Source: an uncultured Gemmatimonadales bacterium (GTDB taxonomy: Bacteria > Gemmatimonadota > Gemmatimonadetes > Gemmatimonadales > Gemmatimonadaceae). From it: a stretch of DNA of 64,000 bases. Positions within the stretch are counted from its first letter, which is position 1. Each line of letters opens with the position of its first letter. The translations under genes and the position numbers were made by a program. The stretch covers positions 1,376,001-1,440,000 of the forward strand of contig CAWKMU010000003.1 in NCBI GenBank assembly GCA_963850905.1. Reading direction: 5' to 3'. The notes beneath the pieces were generated by a model, which was given only the letters and a program-made list of their open reading frames with translations, did not search any database and had not been told where the DNA came from. Of the stretch, positions 19,827-29,202 are shown in pieces.

Positions 19827-21173
19827 CTACTTCAGTGCCTGCAGATACGCGACGATGTCCGCGATCTGCTGGTCGGTGAGGCCGCCGGTCGAAGGGGAGG
19901 CCGTCATTTTCGTTCGGGGGTCGATCTGGCCGATGCCGATCGTCGGCATGATGGCGCCGGGCTTCATCACCTCGGCGTTTTTGATCCACAGGCGGAGGTG
20001 CTCGGTGTCGTTGGGGTAGATCGATCCGGCGATCGTGTAGCGCGACCCGACGTGCGTCAGGTTCGGTCCGATGGGGCTCTGCGCCATGGGATTGCCCTTG
20101 ACCGTATGGCACCCAATGCACAGTCCGGACGAAAAGGTCTTGAATCCGCGCGCCGGATCACCCACCAGCCCTGCCGTGAACGTGAGTCCTTCTGGTGTGG
20201 GCGTCGCGGGGACCGCGTACACCGGGATCTTGTCGCGTGGGAACACGAGCGTCGAATCCCACACGGCCGGCGCGGGCGGCGGCGCAGCCGATGCTGCCGC
20301 TTGCTGCCCAGCGCCAGCGACTTGTGACACGGGGCGCACCACGCTGCCTTTGGTGCCGGCGGCGCCCGGACGCGTGGGAGCCGCCGGTGCCGCCGCCGGG
20401 GGCGCGGGCGGCGGGTAGATCGCCGGGCTGGCCTGGTGCGTGGCCCATCGCTCGAAATCCGCCTGCGACACGACGAACGCACGCCACCGCATGTTCGCGT
20501 GGCCATCACCGCAGTACTCGTTGCAGGTGCCGTTGAACACCGTCGGCGTCAACGACGAATCGGGTGTATACCAGAGATAGTTCGTGTGGTTCGAGATGAC
20601 ATCCCGCTTGCCACCCAACTGCGGCGCCCAGAAGCTGTGCAGGACGTCGACGGTCCGCAGCGCGAAGTTGACCTTCCGGCCGATGGGCAAATACAGCTCG
20701 TCGGCCGTCGTCACCCCGTACTGCGGATAGCGGAACTCCCACCACCATTGATGGGCGTACACGTCGACCTGGAGCGCGGTCGACTCGGCTTTCGCTTGGG
20801 TGATGAAGATGGTGCGCACCGTCGGGACGGCGATCACGACGAGAATCACCGCCGGAATCACCGTCCACAAGATCTCGAGCGTCGTATTGCCGTGCACGTG
20901 CTCAGGTTGCTTTGACCCGGGCTTCTCGCGGAACCGGAAGATGGCGTAGAACAGCAACCCCTCGACGAAGATGAAAACCGCGACGCCAAGGCGGAGCAGC
21001 AGGTTCCAGAGATCGTTGATGGCCGCGCCGAACTCCGTATGTGGCTGGAAGGTCGTGTTGGGGTGCGTCGTGGGGTCGATCCAACTGCACGCGGCCAGCA
21101 CGAGGGGCAGGGCGACGATCGCGGCGGTCGCCAGCGCCGAGCTGGCGAGTCGTCGTGGGCGGGGAAGAGGCAT
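19827..21173 (-). CDS. coxB: Cytochrome c oxidase subunit II with C-terminal cytochrome c (caa3 type)
   Basis: LAAC lipobox, HQWWW, DVLHSF, CuA CNEYCGDGHANM, haem c CIGCH. Confidence 0.95.
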   Translation of the reverse strand: MPLPRPRRLASSALATAAIVALPLVLAACSWIDPTTHPNTTFQPHTEFGAAINDLWNLLLRLGVAVFIFVEGLLFYAIFRFREKPGSKQPEHVHGNTTLEILWTVIPAVILVVIAVPTVRTIFITQAKAESTALQVDVYAHQWWWEFRYPQYGVTTADELYLPIGRKVNFALRTVDVLHSFWAPQLGGKRDVISNHTNYLWYTPDSSLTPTVFNGTCNEYCGDGHANMRWRAFVVSQADFERWATHQASPAIYPPPAPPAAAPAAPTRPGAAGTKGSVVRPVSQVAGAGQQAAASAAPPPAPAVWDSTLVFPRDKIPVYAVPATPTPEGLTFTAGLVGDPARGFKTFSSGLCIGCHTVKGNPMAQSPIGPNLTHVGSRYTIAGSIYPNDTEHLRLWIKNAEVMKPGAIMPTIGIGQIDPRTKMTASPSTGGLTDQQIADIVAYLQALK

Positions 21174-21270
21174 GAGGCTCGTGGAAGTGTCCGAGTAGTG
21201 TGAAGCCACGCGAATTTACCCACTGCCGCGGCGAGCCGGTAGTCAGGCAAACCCGAGCATCGGCGCGCTA

Positions 21271-21651
21271 CTACATCTCGCTGTCGTGCTGCTCTTCGGC
21301 CGCGTGTAACTCCATCGTCTTGGCGATGGCGAGCTCCAGTTGAACGCGAAGTTGTGCGACGCCCTCGCGCAGGCTGCGGACGCGTCCCTGGTCGTTGGTG
21401 CCGCCGCGGGTCGACTGCAGAAGAAATGCGGCGGCCTGGTCGGAAATCAAGCCAAACTGGCCCTTCAAGAGACCAACCAGTGGATGCGCCGCGCGCCTGA
21501 TCTGCGGCACGAAGCCGGCCACGGGCTTCTCGTTCCTGGCGGCGGCCGCGCACAGTTCAACGACGGAGTTGAGCCGTTGGATGTGGTTCATGGCGGCTTC
21601 GAGCGTCGTCATCTTCGCGATACCCGCACCGTCGAGCTTGGGACCTGCCAT
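21271..21651 (-). CDS. Hypothetical helical protein
   Basis: 126-aa ORF co-oriented with its neighbours; no recognised motif. Confidence 0.6.
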   Translation of the reverse strand: MAGPKLDGAGIAKMTTLEAAMNHIQRLNSVVELCAAAARNEKPVAGFVPQIRRAAHPLVGLLKGQFGLISDQAAAFLLQSTRGGTNDQGRVRSLREGVAQLRVQLELAIAKTMELHAAEEQHDSEM

Positions 21652-21689
21652 GCTTGGGAAGGGTGAGCGGTGAACGTCAATGGAGCCGG

Positions 21690-22820
21690 CTACTTGACTT
21701 TCTCGAGACGTGCGTTGGAGCGGAGCTCGGCGCCCACGCGGAGGCGAAGTGGACGGTCCAACTGCACCACGGCAGAGGTGAAGCCCGTCCGCCCCGCAAG
21801 CAGCGCGGCTCCGATGCCGTAGGCGTCGACCGGCACTCCCTCTTCCTCGAACTGCCGGATTCGCTCCAGCGTCATGCCACTCGCCGCAACGAGTTTCACG
21901 TCGCCAAGCCCTTCCGCATCCAGAGCGTTGCGCACATTCCAAACGAGCTGGGCGTTGACCCCGGTCGGCACGAATGTTCCCATCATAGGAATGATCGACG
22001 TGTCCACGAGATTTTCCGGGGTCGCGAGCTGCACCGCCCAGAGTCGTCCTTCGAGGGCGCGCGCGACATCGAGCGCGGTGCGAGCTGCATCGTTGTCGTA
22101 GTCGACAGGCACGACGAACTGCACTTCGTCGGCCGGTCCGCTCACCGCGCCGGGCTGAGGGACCTCCGGCGTGCCGATATGCGCGGCGAACGCCCTGGCC
22201 GCAGCGAGGGTATCCCCGCCGTAGGCGCCAATCAGCGCGTGCGGCATGAGCGCCAGCGGCGGGAGTACCAGCGACGACTTCCCGCCGCTTGGGCCCAGGC
22301 TGGTCACCGTAGGGTCAGGGGACAGGATGAGCGCGCCACCGATCTGCGCGGCGAGTGCGTCGCCAGCTTCGAGCAGCCAATGGTCATGGCGCGCGGGGAA
22401 CGCCATCACCCACTTGGGGCGTGCGGCTTCGACGAACGCACGCGCGTTCGTGCTGACCCTCGTGCGGCGCGCCAAGGTCCCCAGGATCAACGGCTCGAGG
22501 GGCGCGAACAGATCGTACGGCCCTTCGATCGTCATCACCGTCTCGCCGATGTCCGCTCGGTCGCCGTCATAGAGCGAAAAGACCGAGAGCGGCAACCAAT
22601 CCTCGACGGACAGCTTGAGCAGCGCAATGACTTCGTCTGTGCCACCCAGCACGCACGGGCGTTCGGCGCTGATCTGTACCATTGCACGGGGTGCGGCACC
22701 GGTCGCGAGCAACACCTCGCGGACCCGGGCGATGCCGCGATCGTTGGACACGGCGCCTCGCAAACGGTCCACAGGGAGATGGAACGACGCGGGGTCGAGG
22801 CGCTTGCGGCGGCGCGGCAT
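21690..22820 (-). CDS. Nicotinate/quinolinate phosphoribosyltransferase-like protein (divergent)
   Basis: IEGPY, FPARHDHW, MPHALI, VDYDND, VRNALDAEG, VDAYGIG. Confidence 0.72.
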   Translation of the reverse strand: MPRRRKRLDPASFHLPVDRLRGAVSNDRGIARVREVLLATGAAPRAMVQISAERPCVLGGTDEVIALLKLSVEDWLPLSVFSLYDGDRADIGETVMTIEGPYDLFAPLEPLILGTLARRTRVSTNARAFVEAARPKWVMAFPARHDHWLLEAGDALAAQIGGALILSPDPTVTSLGPSGGKSSLVLPPLALMPHALIGAYGGDTLAAARAFAAHIGTPEVPQPGAVSGPADEVQFVVPVDYDNDAARTALDVARALEGRLWAVQLATPENLVDTSIIPMMGTFVPTGVNAQLVWNVRNALDAEGLGDVKLVAASGMTLERIRQFEEEGVPVDAYGIGAALLAGRTGFTSAVVQLDRPLRLRVGAELRSNARLEKVK

Positions 22821-22843
22821 GGGGGGGAAGGTAAGGGGAAAGA

Positions 22844-22957
22844 GCGGGTTTGGGGTCTGGGGTCTGGGGTAACAGCAGCGCTGTGCGCCAATCTCGGTTC
22901 CCCGCGAGTTGATCTCGGTGTTGTGTCGTTACCCCAAACCCCGAACCCCAAACCCGC
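22844..22957. repeat. Heptamer-arm foldback element
   Basis: GCGGGTTTGGGGTCTGGGGTCTGGGGTAAC ... GTTACCCCAAACCCCGAACCCCAAACCCGC. Confidence 0.8.
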
Positions 22958-22991
22958 CGTTTCACCACACCTGGCCCTTTATCTTTCGGCT

Positions 22992-25472
22992 ATGTCCGCA
23001 CCTGCGTCTCCCAAGGAACCGCACGCCGTGCCGCCGACGCCCGAGGCGTACGACCCCGCTACGGTCGAGCGCACGTGGCAGGAGCGGTGGCGTGCCATCG
23101 GCACGAACGCAACCGACGTCAGCAGCGGCGAGCGGCCATTCTACGCGCTCATGATGTTCCCGTACCCGTCGGCCGAAGGGCTGCACATCGGCAATCTCTT
23201 CGCGTTCACGGGCAACGACATCTTCGCGCGGTTCCAACGTATGCGTGGCCATACAGTGTTCGAGCCGCTGGGATACGATGCGTTCGGGATCCACTCCGAG
23301 AACTACGCGCTCAGGGTTGGCGTGAACCCGAGGGAGTTGATCCCCCGCAACATTGCCAACTTCCGGCGCCAACTGGACCAGGCTGGGCTCATGGTCGATT
23401 GGCGGTTCGCTGTCGATACGACAGACCCGGCGTACTATCACTGGACGCAGTGGGTGTTCCTGCAGCTGTTCGCCCGTGGCCTGGCCTATAAGAAGCGGGC
23501 GGCGGTCAACTGGTGTCCGTTCGACAAGACCGTGCTCGCCAACGAGCAGGTCATCGACGGTGAGTGCGAGCGGTGCGGCACCAAGGTGGAGCAGCGCAAT
23601 CTCGAACAGTGGTTTTTCGCGATCTCGCGGTATGCGTCGCGACTGCTCGCGAACCTCGACTGGTTGGACTGGTCGGAGATAACGAAGACGCAGCAACGGA
23701 ATTGGATCGGACGGTCGGAGGGTGCGGAATTGACGTTCGTGGCGCAACCGACCGATGGCACGCCCGAGCCGGTGTCGCTCACGGTCTTCACGACGCGAGC
23801 GGACACGATCTTCGGCGCGACCTACCTCGTGCTTGCGCCCGAACACCCGGCCGTCGATCGGCTGACGACCGACGCCCAACGCGTGCTGGTCGAATCCTAT
23901 CGTCAAGCGGCTGCGAGCCAGGACCTCGTGAGCCGTCGGATCGGCAGTCGCGACAAGACGGGCGTCTTCACGGGCTCCCATGCCACGAACCCCGCGAATG
24001 GCGCGCTGATCCCCATTTGGGTGGCCGATTACGTCCTGATGGACTATGGCACTGGTGCGGTAATGGCGGTGCCCGGGCATGACGATCGGGACTTCGAGTT
24101 TGCGCATCGATACCATCTGCCCATCGTGCGGGTGGTCGCCGGTCCCGACGAGGACCAGCATGTCGACGCTCCGTTGGCGACCGCGTATACCGGGCCGGGG
24201 CACCTCGTGCGCTCCGGCGACTTCGACGGACTCGACGTCGACGAAGGTGAGCGACGGGTCGTCGCGTGGCTCGAGATGCGGGGCGCCGCCCGAGCGGTCG
24301 AAAACTTCCGGCTGCACGACTGGTGCATTTCGCGCCAGCGGTACTGGGGTCCGCCGATCCCGATCATCTACTGTGATCGGTGCGGCACGGTGCCGGTACC
24401 GGAGCGGGACTTGCCGGTGCTGCTCCCAGATATCGCAGACTTCCGTCCGGATGATTCGGGCGTCTCGCCCCTGGCTCGACACGAGGAGTGGTATCGCGTG
24501 CCGTGCCCCCAATGCGGCGGGGAAGGACGCCGCGAGACCGACGTGTCCGACACTTTCCTCGACAGCGGCTGGTACTTCCTGCGTTACCCGAGCGTCGGGC
24601 ACAACGACGAGCCGTTCGACCCGACCCTTACAAGTCGGTGGCTCCCGGTCAACTCGTACATCGGCGGCAACGAGCACGCGGTGCTGCACCTGCTCTACGC
24701 GCGCTTCATCACCATGGTGTTGCACGACGCTGGGTTGCTGGCGTTCGAGGAGCCGTTCACGCGCTTTCGCGCACACGGCCTCCTCATCCGAGAAGGCGCC
24801 AAGATGTCGAAGAGCCGTGGCAACGTCGTCAATCCCGATCAGTACATAGCGGAGTGGGGTGCAGACACGCTCCGCACGTATCTCATGTTCCTTGGGCCCT
24901 TCGAACAGGGCGGTGATTTTCAGGACAAAGGCATCGCTGGGGCGCGCCGTTTCCTGGACCGCCTGTGGGCATCGGCCACTCAGAGCCGGCTGACAGGTGC
25001 GCCTGATCCCCGCGTGATGCGGGTCCTGCACCAAACGGTGCGAAAGGTCACGGGCGATATCTCACGACTCTCGTACAACACGGCGATTGCGGCGATGATG
25101 GCGTATATGAACGACCTGCGCTCCGGCGAGCGTGAGCCTCACCGCGCGGAGGTCGAGCCGCTCGTGCAGCTCGCCGCGCCCTTCGCGCCACATTTGGCCG
25201 AGGAACTGTGGCACCGGCTGGGCCACGAGCGGAGCATCTTCGACAGTGGGTGGCCGGAATTCGATGCGGTCCTGGCCGCGGACGAGACCGTCACGATCGT
25301 CGTGCAGGTCAACGGCAAGCGGCGCGGCGCCGTCACGGTCCCGGTCGACACAACCGAGGAGCAGGTTCTCGCGGCTGCCTTGGCCGACCCGGCCATCACG
25401 AAGCACGCGACGGGCACCGCCGCGAAGGTCGTGTATGTAAAGGGGCGGCTGATAAATATCGTAACGGCTTAG
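22992..25472 (+). CDS. leuS: Leucine--tRNA ligase
   Basis: MFPYPS, HIGN, TVLANEQV, NWIGRS, WCISRQRYWG, KMSKS, QVNGK. Confidence 0.97.
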   Translation: MSAPASPKEPHAVPPTPEAYDPATVERTWQERWRAIGTNATDVSSGERPFYALMMFPYPSAEGLHIGNLFAFTGNDIFARFQRMRGHTVFEPLGYDAFGIHSENYALRVGVNPRELIPRNIANFRRQLDQAGLMVDWRFAVDTTDPAYYHWTQWVFLQLFARGLAYKKRAAVNWCPFDKTVLANEQVIDGECERCGTKVEQRNLEQWFFAISRYASRLLANLDWLDWSEITKTQQRNWIGRSEGAELTFVAQPTDGTPEPVSLTVFTTRADTIFGATYLVLAPEHPAVDRLTTDAQRVLVESYRQAAASQDLVSRRIGSRDKTGVFTGSHATNPANGALIPIWVADYVLMDYGTGAVMAVPGHDDRDFEFAHRYHLPIVRVVAGPDEDQHVDAPLATAYTGPGHLVRSGDFDGLDVDEGERRVVAWLEMRGAARAVENFRLHDWCISRQRYWGPPIPIIYCDRCGTVPVPERDLPVLLPDIADFRPDDSGVSPLARHEEWYRVPCPQCGGEGRRETDVSDTFLDSGWYFLRYPSVGHNDEPFDPTLTSRWLPVNSYIGGNEHAVLHLLYARFITMVLHDAGLLAFEEPFTRFRAHGLLIREGAKMSKSRGNVVNPDQYIAEWGADTLRTYLMFLGPFEQGGDFQDKGIAGARRFLDRLWASATQSRLTGAPDPRVMRVLHQTVRKVTGDISRLSYNTAIAAMMAYMNDLRSGEREPHRAEVEPLVQLAAPFAPHLAEELWHRLGHERSIFDSGWPEFDAVLAADETVTIVVQVNGKRRGAVTVPVDTTEEQVLAAALADPAITKHATGTAAKVVYVKGRLINIVTA

Positions 25473-25582
25473 ACGCTGCACGTTAGACGTTGGAAAACAA
25501 ATCTCGAGGCCAGCTACGGTGCGCCCAACTGGCCTCGAAGTTTGTTCCAACGTCCAGCGTCTAACGTCTAGCGTCCAGCCCC
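25469..25582. repeat. Heptamer-arm (TAGACGY) foldback element between convergent genes
   Basis: TTAGACGCTGCACGTTAGACGTTGG ... CCAACGTCCAGCGTCTAACGTCTAGCGTCCAG with inner stem TCGAGGCCAG/CTGGCCTCGA; may also act as a bidirectional terminator. Confidence 0.75.
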
Positions 25583-25816
25583 TCAGTCCAACCTGTCGTC
25601 TTCGTCCTCGTCCCGAGGCTCCGACCGACCCAGCTCCCGTTGAGCTCGTCCGACGTCTTTCTGCGCCTTTCCTTCCAGCTTTTGGCCTTTCCCTTTCAGG
25701 TGTTCCGCGACATTGCCTTTCAAATCAGCAGCGGCGTCACGAACGCGGCCAGCGGCTTCCTTGGCGGCGCCCGCGACCTCGTTCTTCAGGCCTTTGCGAG
25801 TTTGCTCATCCATCAT
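25583..25816 (-). CDS. CsbD-family general stress protein
   Basis: GAAKEAAG...KGKGQKLEGKAQKDVG; GGAGG RBS. Confidence 0.8.
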   Translation of the reverse strand: MMDEQTRKGLKNEVAGAAKEAAGRVRDAAADLKGNVAEHLKGKGQKLEGKAQKDVGRAQRELGRSEPRDEDEDDRLD

Positions 25817-26112
25817 CGCCTCCTGTGGAAGGATCGCCGAGAGGACCGCAAGCCCCGAGCCAGGGAACACTCCCGCGCCCAGCCGGTACAATGCGTATCT
25901 CGTGGTACCACGGGTGGTTGCGCGCCTGCGGGGTAGCAGGGGAGCGTATGTGGTCGCTGAGCGTTGCAGGTCGGAGACGGCGGTGTTGCCGACGCCTCTC
26001 GCTCGATCCGCACCCCGTTCGCCTAGCTCGTGCTGGATCCCTGGTTGGGGTTGCTGACCCCCAGCCGGTCACCCTTGTCACCGACGTTCCAATTGACTGT
26101 GGTTCGTAGAGG

Positions 26113-28161
26113 ATGAAAGTTTTCGGCATTCGCTACGTTGAGCACTGCCGCATGCACCTCCGGGCGTTCTCCGCTCCGTGTCGCTTCGCGATCTTCAGCG
26201 CGTTGGCGACCGTCGTGCGTATTGCTGGTGCTCAGGCGCCGCACATCACGCCCAGCGGCGACCCGTCAGTGCGCAACGACACGATCTACTCGCTAGCGGT
26301 CCGGCCACAGGATTATCCCGATCAACCGTTCGTCTACCTCCTGGAAGATGGAGTGGTCCGGTTCGAGGAGGATGGCCGGTCGCGAAAGACCTACCGGCAG
26401 GTCGTCCAAATCCTGTCGCCGCAGGCCGCCGAGCAGTTCGGAGATCGGGCGTTCGCATACACGACCGGACGCCAGCGGCTGACGGTCAACTGGATCCGCG
26501 TCTTGCGGACTGACGGCACAGTCATCAGTGACAAGCCGTCGCACTCCCAGGAATCGATCGCGCCCGTGGCCCAGGATGCGCCGGTCTATTCCGACACGCG
26601 CGTGCGCCAGTTCACGCTGAGCGGCGTTGCGGCAAACACCATCGTCGATTTCAGCTACACCATCGAGGACACCAAGCCCGTCGTCCCGGGAGATTTCTGG
26701 GCGCAGTGGGCCATGGGGACGGGACCTGTGACCCGCCGCTCCCGATTCATTGTCGATGTGCCGGCGTCCCTCACGCCGCGCATTCAAGAACGGAACGTTC
26801 ACTTCGCGCGCCTCGTGACGCAGACCAAAGGTCGCCGTGTGTACGTGTGGGCGGCATCTGACATCCCGCGAGCATCGCCCGAGCCGTTCGCGCCGGATAC
26901 GAGCGCCCTGTATCCGCAGATCTCCGTCGCAGCGCCGATCACGTGGCAGGGCATCGCGAGTTGGTACGCCGGGCTCACGCGCAAGCGCTACAAGTTGACG
27001 CCCGCGCTCATTCAACAACTCTCCACAGTTGTCTCTGGCAGCACGACGCTGGACGACTCGCTCCAAGCGGTCTACCGGTGGGTCGCGCAGGACTTCCGGT
27101 ATGTCTCACTGTCGCTCGGCGAAATCGGCGGGTACATGCCCCGAATGCCAATGTCCGTATGGGAAACGCGATACGGCGACTGCAAGGATAAGGCGACGCT
27201 CTTCATCGCGCTGGTCCGCAAAATGGGTGTTGCGGCATATCCCGTATTGCTGAATGCGACTGGTGGCATCAATCGGTCGATGCCGTCGGCGCTCCAACTC
27301 GATCACATGATCGCGGCGGTCGTGCGCAAGGATGTGCCCAACGACGCGCCGAATCGCTTCACGTTCCTGGATCTCACCTCGGATTTGACGCCCTACGGGT
27401 CGCTGCCGCCGCCCGAGCAGGGCGAGTTCGCGCTGGTTGTGTACCCGGACGGCAGCGGCGAAGAGGTCACACTGCCCGCCGATCCGGTCGCGGTCAACCG
27501 CGCGACGATTCAGATCACCGGCGCGCTCGCTCCAGACATGACCTTCTCGGGTCGCTACGAGGAAGTGGCCTCCGGGAACCGGCAATACACGCTGCGGAGC
27601 GCGTTTGCGACATCGTTTGGCGCGGCCGATCGAGACCGCATGGCGCGGGCAATCGCGAACACGGTGTTCGAGGGCGCCTCAGGCGATAGCCTGCAGTCGT
27701 TCAACGGGCGTGATCTGGGGGCCAAGCCAATGGTCGCGCTGACCATCAAGGACGCGCGCCCAGTGTCGAATGCGGGCGGCACGAGGATCCTGACGCTGCC
27801 AGTTCGGACCTATGCTCGCCCGGACATCCTCACCGAGTTGCAGGGCCGCGGGGTCCGACGGTCCCCGATTGATGCGGAGTCGGTGCTTGGACCGTATGAG
27901 GAATCGTCAGAGTTCAGGCTCACGCTGCCGCCCGGTTGGCAGGCGCGCTTGCCACCCGATATTGACGCGGCGAGTGTCTTCGGGCACTACCGAGCGCACT
28001 ACGCTCAAGTCGGTCGAGAGCTGACGGTCGAGCGAAGCATTGTCGGCGCGACGGGAGTGCAGCCCCCGGAACGCATCAATCAACTGATCGCCTGGCTCCG
28101 TGCGATCGGCCAGGACGATATCCGGTTCATCGCGTTGGAGCCGGACGGTGGCGTGGACTGA
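26113..28161 (+). CDS. DUF3857 + transglutaminase-like domain protein
   Basis: Signal peptide, RYVSLSLG, YGDCKDKA, DHMI, FLD. Confidence 0.85.
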   Translation: MKVFGIRYVEHCRMHLRAFSAPCRFAIFSALATVVRIAGAQAPHITPSGDPSVRNDTIYSLAVRPQDYPDQPFVYLLEDGVVRFEEDGRSRKTYRQVVQILSPQAAEQFGDRAFAYTTGRQRLTVNWIRVLRTDGTVISDKPSHSQESIAPVAQDAPVYSDTRVRQFTLSGVAANTIVDFSYTIEDTKPVVPGDFWAQWAMGTGPVTRRSRFIVDVPASLTPRIQERNVHFARLVTQTKGRRVYVWAASDIPRASPEPFAPDTSALYPQISVAAPITWQGIASWYAGLTRKRYKLTPALIQQLSTVVSGSTTLDDSLQAVYRWVAQDFRYVSLSLGEIGGYMPRMPMSVWETRYGDCKDKATLFIALVRKMGVAAYPVLLNATGGINRSMPSALQLDHMIAAVVRKDVPNDAPNRFTFLDLTSDLTPYGSLPPPEQGEFALVVYPDGSGEEVTLPADPVAVNRATIQITGALAPDMTFSGRYEEVASGNRQYTLRSAFATSFGAADRDRMARAIANTVFEGASGDSLQSFNGRDLGAKPMVALTIKDARPVSNAGGTRILTLPVRTYARPDILTELQGRGVRRSPIDAESVLGPYEESSEFRLTLPPGWQARLPPDIDAASVFGHYRAHYAQVGRELTVERSIVGATGVQPPERINQLIAWLRAIGQDDIRFIALEPDGGVD

Positions 28162-28180
28162 GAGACTAGCGTCTAGCCCC

Positions 28181-29062
28181 TCACATCCTCACCACCATGC
28201 CCTGGTCGGATGCGGGCGGAGCGACCGCGCGGATCCGCATGGTGCGGCGAGGGGCGTCGATCAGCGGCGCTGGTGGTGTCGCGGGCGAATCCGGGGACAC
28301 GATCGCTGGCGGTGTGGCGGGCGAACCGGGGGTCACTATCGCGGGTGGGACGGGTGCCACAGAGGGTACCGGCGGTACTGGCGGCACCTCGATCCGGTAG
28401 CTGCCTGGGCCGAGTTCGTACGGACGCGCGCCGATTGGCCCGTCGCCTTCGGTCGGGTCGAACACCCGGAAGCTACGGACGAGCTCGTTGCCGAGCCCGC
28501 TGAGCTCCTCCTTCAATCCGTCCAGGCGCACGATGGTATTGCCGCCAGTCCAGTCGTGGTCGAAACCAAAGAGGCCGTCGTCCTTGAAGGCCTCTGAGGC
28601 CTTGGCGGTCGTCACCTTCACCGTACGAGCCTTGCCGTCGGAGTAGACCAGGAGCTCGACGGGATCCCCCGGCTTGAGCTTCGCGAGCACACGGATCAGG
28701 CGCCGCGCCATGAGCCCGCGCATCTCGCGATCGCCGGCGTCCGCGGCTGAGAGCCGTAGATCCGTTTCGTTCACCTTTTGCAGCCGATCGCCCTCCTCGA
28801 TCTTCGCTTTGTCAGCCGGGCCGTCGGTCACGACATCCGTGACCAACAGACCGAGAGTATCGCGTATCCCGCCCGATGTGGTCGTGATGCCAATCGCGGC
28901 ACGATTGCCCCCGTCCATTCGCAGGGAGAAGGCGCGCACTGGCCGAGACGACCAGTCCGGACACTCATTGCGGCGACCTTGGCCGTCTGAGCCTTGGTCT
29001 TGCGCATGAGCGGGCACCGTAACCACCGCTCCAGCGCACAGGAGCAGAAGGGGAAGTCGCAT
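28181..29062 (-). CDS. Secreted PDZ-domain protein with Pro-rich tail
   Basis: Signal peptide; AIGI, VVTDGPADKAKIEEGD, KPGDPVEL. Confidence 0.78.
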   Translation of the reverse strand: MRLPLLLLCAGAVVTVPAHAQDQGSDGQGRRNECPDWSSRPVRAFSLRMDGGNRAAIGITTTSGGIRDTLGLLVTDVVTDGPADKAKIEEGDRLQKVNETDLRLSAADAGDREMRGLMARRLIRVLAKLKPGDPVELLVYSDGKARTVKVTTAKASEAFKDDGLFGFDHDWTGGNTIVRLDGLKEELSGLGNELVRSFRVFDPTEGDGPIGARPYELGPGSYRIEVPPVPPVPSVAPVPPAIVTPGSPATPPAIVSPDSPATPPAPLIDAPRRTMRIRAVAPPASDQGMVVRM

Positions 29063-29144
29063 CGTGAGCCTCCAAAGGGGGATCAGACCGGCCCGTACAT
29101 GTTGATGTGACACCGGGGCGGGGTTGGCTGGTTGCTGGAGCCAG

Positions 29145-29189
29145 GAGGCTGGGACTCGGGGTTCGGGACGAGTCCCGAGTCCCAGCCTC
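29145..29189. repeat. Minimal heptamer-arm hairpin
   Basis: GAGGCTGGGACTCGGG ... CCCGAGTCCCAGCCTC. Confidence 0.65.
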
Positions 29190-29202
29190 TTAGATTCCCC
29201 TC

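Noticed and set aside
21654..22991. Long N-terminal extension of LeuS (1272-aa ORF)
   Set aside because: Overlaps the opposite-strand PRTase-like gene and a repeat; LeuS similarity begins near ATG 22992
22962..25034. 690-aa antisense ORF and similar long shadow ORFs
   Set aside because: Expected antisense open frames of high-GC genes; no motifs
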